42,788 nucleotides of DNA from Conidiobolus incongruus B7586 (taxonomy: Eukaryota). A model generated the notes under the pieces. It saw nothing but the letters and a program-made list of their open reading frames with translations, made no database searches and was not told the DNA's origin. A program made the translations under genes and the position numbers. The stretch is taken from NCBI GenBank assembly GCA_000697335.1, contig JNEM01008792.1:1-42788 (forward strand), read 5' to 3'. Of the stretch, positions 35,801-42,788 are shown piece after piece. Every line of letters starts with the position of its first letter. The stretch's first letter is position 1.

Positions 35801-38800
35801 CGGGGTCAATTTCAAACATTTTAAAGGCCTTAGCAATTTTCTCATTCTTAGATTCGGTATCCCAAATTCTCCAGCTGGATTCGAGTAATAGAGAAGGATC
35901 TTGGGTTTCTTCAGCAAGTGAAGATAGGATGTCCCAATTTTGCATTTTGCTGGCTGCTGAGATCCAGTGGTCTTGCCAAAGGGTGTACTCAGGCTGGCTA
36001 ACACTGGCTCCAGAAGTGCTGGCAGAGATCTGGACTTGTTCGAATGCAGATTGAGAGTATGACCACATTCCGTGCTGTTCAAAAGATAGAGCGACAGCTG
36101 TTTCAGAAAACTGGCATCTGCGTCGCCATAAGCCATAGGCCATGTCGGATTCATTCAATTGGGTATAAAGTTCAGTAATTGCATCAATAAAACTTTCTTG
36201 GAGCGTGATATCGTTTTTGTGTTTGGATTGCTGAATGTAGCTCAACGATTGGTTTAATAAATCTAATGCAATGTACCAAGCATTAAACTGCTTTCCAAGA
36301 TATTTGATGAGTTGAGGGGGGAGCAACAGGGGAGGAGAGCATTTTGTCACGGAAGAAAGCAGTGTTTGAATGACGTTAGGTCGGCGATTGGCTTGAGCAA
36401 CGTGATAAGGCTTAGACAGCAGATTGATGATTAATTTGGTAATTTGCTTGCGCTCTTTCTTATTTAAAGTTTGCCAGCATAACGGGAAAAGATTGATCCA
36501 TAGATCAGATACAACATCTGAGTTGATGAATATCAACTGACGAATATCAGAAACAAGTTCAATTGAAGAAGTGGATCCAACTAAAAGCTTGTTATAGCTC
36601 GAAATAATGCTGGTTATTGGACTCTCATCCTCGAATTTCACTGCCTTGCCATTGGGCTCGAAGACTTTTTTAAAGATGGTTGAAAATGAGTTGATAGCTT
36701 TAGAACTCTGACTGAGGATAAATGGCGTATTGGCAAAAGTGGCAAGAATGATGTCCACGATGTTAATGATCCAATACTGAGCAGAAAAATACTCCCAATT
36801 CTGAACGCCAAAGATGTAATTGAGGCGACTTGTAATGTTTTTAGGAATACTTGAATCGAGAATTTGTAAAAATTTGTTCCTAAGATCGGGATACTGAGAT
36901 TGAGTTCCAAGCAAAAATACTTTTTCAAGCCGTACTGTGAGTTCCGATTGGGAATATAGTGGGCTTTGGTAGATTGCAAGAATCAGTTCGAAGTATTTCT
37001 TTATCAGTTCAGGACGTCTTTGGCTAAGAGTCATCAAGTTGACTAAAATTCCACTCTTTTCTTTGATGGTTGGGAATGCTTCTTGTTTTTCAAGGATCCA
37101 ATAGTGGGATAAACTGATGATTTCTTCAAGAATGTCTGCATCGGTACTGTTTTCTGCAAGGACAGATAGAGTGGTTAAAAACAGCTTTCTGTTTTCACCA
37201 AGGAATGCGATCCTGGATTTCACCATGCGAATGATTGAAATGATAATATTAGTCGTCGAATCAGGGAGAATTGGCGATTGATTCTGAGATTGAGCTGAAG
37301 GAAGCTCCATCATCTTATTGGGGAAAGAATTCATAGCTTCTTTTTCAGCTTTGGCACTAGATGCTAAATGCTCTTTGGTATGAGCTTCAAATATGTGATG
37401 AAGATTAGAGCTAAAGCGATCAATGCACTCTGGTTTGATGATGGTGTATGCCTTGAGCAGGGTCAATGTGCTATATAAAGATGTGGTTTCAGAGAAGCCT
37501 GCAATGATCACTCTTTCTGTAACATTTGCAATTTCTTGATGCTTGGCCTTGGTATCTTCCAATATTTCGAAAAACAATGTTAAAACAGGAAATAACAGCT
37601 TAGTAATAGCAAATTTCTGGCATCGGATGCTCTTTTCAAGAAGATAGTTAATTTGGGTGGAATGCTCAATGGTCCAGTTCTTGGGCTTGGATTTCAAGAT
37701 GGTATGAAGAGCTTCGAATGAATTTGACAAGAATGGGACAGCATTGTCGGTGAGCTCATTTTGAACGAGGCTTTTTTCAAAGTAATTTAAGTTGACAGAA
37801 GTATTTTGCCAAAAATCAGGTTTGAGCATAGTTTCGAGACATTTGTGAGTACGATAAGTAGGCCCTTTCTTGGATATCGGCTCATTGGAAGTGCACAAGA
37901 ATCGAATCATATACACAATAATGGCTTCTCGCATCGTAGGAGGTAATGTGTATGATTGGGCAGTGTCAATAGATAAACTGCCTCCTTCTTGTTTGATTCT
38001 CTTGGTAGCTACATTTTCTTCCACTGAATTCTTTCTCTTTAATGAGTCAGTTGACTCAACAGGCTCAAGTTCGGAAGAAACAAAGTTATCCTTGTCATTG
38101 TGCTCCTTCTCCCAGAATATAATCAACTCTAAAAGGTCAACAGTGATATTTCTGGATTCTGCAGTGGCAGAAAAGAGTAAACCAAGCTTGGGCAGAGAGT
38201 TGACAATATGGGGAAGGATTTGGTCTCGACTGGGGTAAAACAACTTTGGGTGGTGGATGACCACTTGGTAAATGTTGATAACATGTGGAATATTGTGCAA
38301 ATCCTCAGTTAAAACACGCTTAGTCCATCTAATCCAATCAGGGAAATTCGGATCGCCAAGGTTATTGGGAATCCTTTGAGGAAGGACTGGTATGATCGTG
38401 TCCAAAGCTTGTCGCACCAAATATCGAACTTCTGGTTGGTGAGCTTTGAGAAGGGCAACATAAATGGGAATGATAATTTTGCTAGGTGTATCGAATGCAG
38501 CGATGAAATTAGCAATTAAATAATATGCGGTTTGTTTGGCTGTAGAATCTTCCAACTTCAAGTAGTTCCATCCGAATTTAATGATATTTTTCCTCACATC
38601 GCCAATGAGATGGGGGACATAGCGAACGATGAGAGATGTTAAATGAAGCAGTTCGATTTTGAGATAGTCCTCATAAAAGCTATTTTCAGCAGGTTGTTCA
38701 TTTTGTGACGGTTGCCAAACAACACTGTCAATGACGGAAATGGCGCTTTGGTCCAGTATTTCATCACTGGTCTTCTTCACAAATGAGACCAAGAGCATTG

Positions 38801-41800
38801 GATAAATGATGTTCTTCATCACCTGTACTAAATATTTGGCAGACAGCTTTCGATCTCGTAGAAAATCCAAGAATGACATGAATATTTGCTTTTTCTGAGC
38901 TGAGGTGCATTTGTGGATGATAGCTCTAAAGAACATTTTCAAGAATGTAAAATCAGACGTGGTTTTTTCAGAAAAAACGCCAGCCAATTCGAAGAGAATT
39001 TCACATTGGGTAGGATCACGTCGAAGATAAGTAGTGAGAATTTGGCACAAGTATTGAGTTTCTTTCTGACGCGTCACGCTAAGACTTTCGTCGTTTAGGA
39101 TTTTTGAAATACGATTAGGTTTGCGCCAGAGGTTCAGTAGATGACCCAAGAAATCAGGACATTTGATGAAAATATCGGGGAAATAAGAACATAGAGAGCG
39201 TACAATTACAATGAACTGGAATTCCAATTTTTCTGCAACTGAAGGATCGGTAGAATTGAGGGTGGCAGCAACCAAATCTTGAGGGTTATTGACGATTTCC
39301 TTTCTTAAGCCTACTGCAGCGTCATTTCCAAGTAATCCCAAGAACAGTCTCGAGACATTGTCATTGGAAAATTTTGAATAAAAATACTTTAGTCCATCTG
39401 ATGGATAAAGATTCAGAAACTTGATTAATGGCGCTCTGAATGGGCTAGTCAAATGGCGACGGAGATGGAATTCAAATTCAATAGTCATTGTGATGAGCTT
39501 TTCAGTGAACATACTCGCTGCAGGAGGCAGTAAGTGGAAGATGTTCATCAATGCAACTAAAATCTTTATATCTTCTTTATCATGGAATAGATGATATGCA
39601 CACTCTTGAAGAACTGTTGGTTGACCCCATTCTTTGATATGATCAATTAACTTATGACCAATCTCAACCTTAAAGTAGTTTATCAGAATTTGTAAAAGTT
39701 TGGCTAGTCCTCGAAGACTAGCTGGGGTCAACCTTCTGGAATCAGATAAATTCATTAAGACGGGTTTTAAAGCTGATTGTAAAAGCTCTTTAGGCAGTTT
39801 TGCTTCTTGATGCAACATCTTTTTGAGCCCGTCATTTGCTGCATCAACAACAAGCTCGTTTTTAGAGTAAATGGATTTGAAAAATACAGTGATAATTCGA
39901 TTCTTGGCATTGGAATCTCTGATAGCAGTGAATTCAGGACTAGAAACCGCAGCAGTTAAAAACTCGATACAAGAACTTTTTAAGAGAGCTAAAGAATCGG
40001 GGTTTGTTTCACTACTTCTTCTGACCAACGCTTCATCCTCTGCATCCAATAGTGCCACAGCCTCGTAGACTACTCGTGACATTTGGTCGTCAACTGGAAA
40101 GAATGTGGGATCAATCGTCATGCAGTAAGTCAAGCAGTCGATAATGCCAATTTGAGCGCTAATAAAAATCTGGCGAATTGGCTTAGAAAATATGTGATTG
40201 GATAAGATACCCTTGCAAGATGAGAGCAATGCTTGAGGAGTTTGTCCGGTTAGTTCGCTAAGCAACTTAAAGCAAGATTGAGCGACTTCGCGGACTGCTT
40301 TGATAGGACTGGCTAATTCTGTACACATCAAAGTTGAGATTTTGTTCAGGTTAGCTGTTATTTTATTGTCAGCTCTTGATGATGCTTCTGAATGGCATAA
40401 TTTGATAATATCTAGAATCAAAGAAGATGTTCGTGGGAAATCTTGGATATAGAGATCTTTACTGGATCCTTTGATAACAGATAGAAGCGCCGTAATAAAC
40501 CCATTTTCATGGCACAATAACCATTCTCTGTTGAATTTGAATTCGTTAATTATGCATTGAATACCTTTTTGCCCACCATCAGCAATTGGCTTGAAGGTAT
40601 CAAAACAGAGGGAAGAGAATTTTAATCCAAATGAATGAAACACGGGCAAGTAATTCAACCAATAGGCATTGCCACAAATTACAGTGCACTGCTTGTAAAA
40701 TTCTTTCAAAATTTCTGTGGACGCATCAGTTACGATAGATACATCCGAACTAATCGCATTTGAGATGGCTAGAATAAAAACATCAGTAGTTACATTTGAT
40801 TGATCGTTAATCAAAAATGAAGAGTCGATTGAGTTGAAGTTAATCGCCTCGAAACAAGACAATATAGAGAAAAATGAGATCAAACTTGACATGAGCTCTT
40901 GAGCTTGTTGTTTAAGTTCTGGTATTGTCCAGGCGTAAAATATAGACTCAATGAATTTAACGAGAGTTTTGTTTTGTGCATTAAGCTCAGTTTCACTATA
41001 ATATTTTGGAATTGGGATGTCTAAATTGGACTTGTTTTCAGTAGCAGATATTATGGTGGGCTGAGGATAGGAAATTTTCGCTGTTTCAGCACTTAGGTGG
41101 CTGAAATGCTGATGTAGAGCGCTTTGTAACGAAGCAATTTTATCAGAGGAAAGTTTTTCATATTTAATCAAAACTGAAAGAGATTTTCGAATAAAGTTGA
41201 AACCATGTGTCTTGTAATTGATTGCACATTTGGGATCCTTGATGGATTGATAAGCTAATTCAGATACTGAGTTGAGATTTAGTGAGTGCGTTTGGGGTGT
41301 TCCTTCAAACTGTAATAGCACTGAATAAGATGACTGGTGTTCAAATACTTTCTCACTGTTCACTTGGTTTTTTAAATAGATCTTGCTTTTGCCACCCAAT
41401 CTTCCTAGAAAACCTATTGCAAGTTGTGATAATTGACGTTGATTAGGGTATCTGTGAATAATCTTGCATATGGGGTCAATTAATGTATCAGTAAGGGGCC
41501 AAAAGTATTCTTCAGTTTTTTGGTCAATAACTTGATCAGTGCATAGCTTGAATAGCTTGATAGCTTGCTCAACGAGAGGAGGCTTGGATTCAAGAGCAAG
41601 AGTCAGTGGTTTAACAAAGAGAGGAAAGTTTAAAAACACATATTGGGGACGAAGTGGTGTAATCAATATGATTTCCACAATTGATTCTAGAATATGACTG
41701 TCAACGCAATTAGAGAGCATAGCAGAAAATTCTTCGACCATTGGGATAAACACAGCAGTCATATCTTCGAAAGAAACCTCAGAGCTTTTTAAATGAGCAT

Positions 41801-42788
41801 TTTGAAGTAAACATCTCAATAAGAGCAAATATATTGATGAAGTTTGAAGCTGAAGGGTTTTTTGGGAACAAATACGAATAAACTTTACCATGTGTTTTTT
41901 AATTATCACTTGATGTGTTTCGGGAAACTTTGCAAAAGAATCAAAAATCAATTTAAACAGCCTTGAGATGACTACGATGTTCACAGGATCCATTTCATGA
42001 AGCCCCTCAAGTTTTTCCATTAGAAAAGACATTAGCGAATCAGCAAAAGGTTGACTTAGTGGCTCGTGAAACAATATATATTCCGCTAAATAGCACATAT
42101 GAGGGAATGATATGAATTGATCAATTAAAAATTTCATTTGCGAATTGAACAGTTCATGAATCAAAGGAATATCATTAAAGTAAAGAAGTTTGGCGAATCG
42201 CTCTAAAATCTCTCTTTCTTCATTTGATAAAGTGCTATTCTCCCAAGGGAAGCTATTCAGAATATTTGACCCAGGTTCTTTCAAATTCAAATGGTTAAGG
42301 TTATAATAATTGAAGCATCTTAATCCCTCTTTGAATATTCTTATGAATAAATCCATTTCCTCTGGAGTTGCTCCCATTAAAGCACGAGGAACTGTTGCAG
42401 TGCCTGTATTAATCATTAGTGGACATTGTTTTAAGTTGGCTAGTAACGATTCTAATCCAAGGATAATTTGTTTAAATAAGAATCTAGCATCTTTAACGAC
42501 GTCATCAATATGAATTTGCACAGATGACGATCTAAACGTTTGTCTAAGTTTGTCAAAATCAAGATCTTCAATATTTTCAGGAGTTAAGTCAGTTATTGGA
42601 GGGGCAAGGTTGACAATAATGCCTTTTTTCATAATCAAATATTGCTTATGAGCAGTAGAATATAAAATATTCAAAGTTTCCATTTTGCTACAAAGGGTGT
42701 CCATAATTTTCAATATCAAATTACGTGCTAAATTCTATGTCAATTATATATCAATTTGAGGTATAATGCTAATTACCTTGATCCTTAT
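32847..42788 (-). CDS. TRA1: Tra1/TRRAP PIKK pseudokinase, scaffold of SAGA and NuA4; 5'-truncated by the window end
   Basis: Terminal exon 42727-32847 (~3290 codons), 49-nt intron 42776-42728, partial exon 42788-42777. Tra1 motifs LPKELLQSALKPVLMNL, YFKVEIGHKL, WEYFSAQYWI, YGLWRRRC, KIYTLPNIEIQEAF, NEPVPFRLTPN, FATC end WFMWL. The kinase DRH and DFG positions are replaced (KRSPHKI, DAL). Confidence 0.97.

Noticed and set aside
32887..42513. Multiple 60-150-aa overlapping ORFs within TRA1
   Set aside because: Antisense or off-frame by-products of a long coding exon; nothing recognisable.
1..42788. CRISPR array, prokaryotic operon/defence system or functional gene cluster
   Set aside because: Spliceosomal introns throughout, no regularly spaced repeats, and the genes are functionally unrelated housekeeping loci.

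Overview
AT-rich eukaryotic genomic DNA, almost certainly fungal. The short (47-74 nt) GT-AG introns, very low GC and stand-alone Ceg1-type guanylyltransferase suggest an early-diverging (non-Dikarya) lineage; this is inferred, not proven. It holds eight protein-coding genes: an OSCA/TMEM63 (CSC1-like) channel, mRNA capping guanylyltransferase (with an 11-nt microexon), Sec14, a Rim2-type mitochondrial carrier, an unassigned 953-aa intronless protein, a Rho4-like GTPase, the CRL4 adaptor Cdt2/DTL, and the 3' part of Tra1/TRRAP. The spacers hide three fossil mariner transposons and two copies of an unclassified repeat. The strongest signal is mutational. Over 80 aligned columns of that repeat, 22 of 32 G/C positions differ as C>T or G>A in one copy and none of 48 A/T positions differ. 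Two of the mariner fossils are recognisable only after reverting such transitions. This looks like RIP-like hypermutation of repeats without the CpA preference of classical RIP. Also present: a tRNA-Leu-like 3' fragment between exact 13-bp direct repeats, an MCB/E2F-like site upstream of cdt2, and an N-terminal PIP-degron-like motif in Cdt2. All gene models and alignments were done by eye; no database searches were run.
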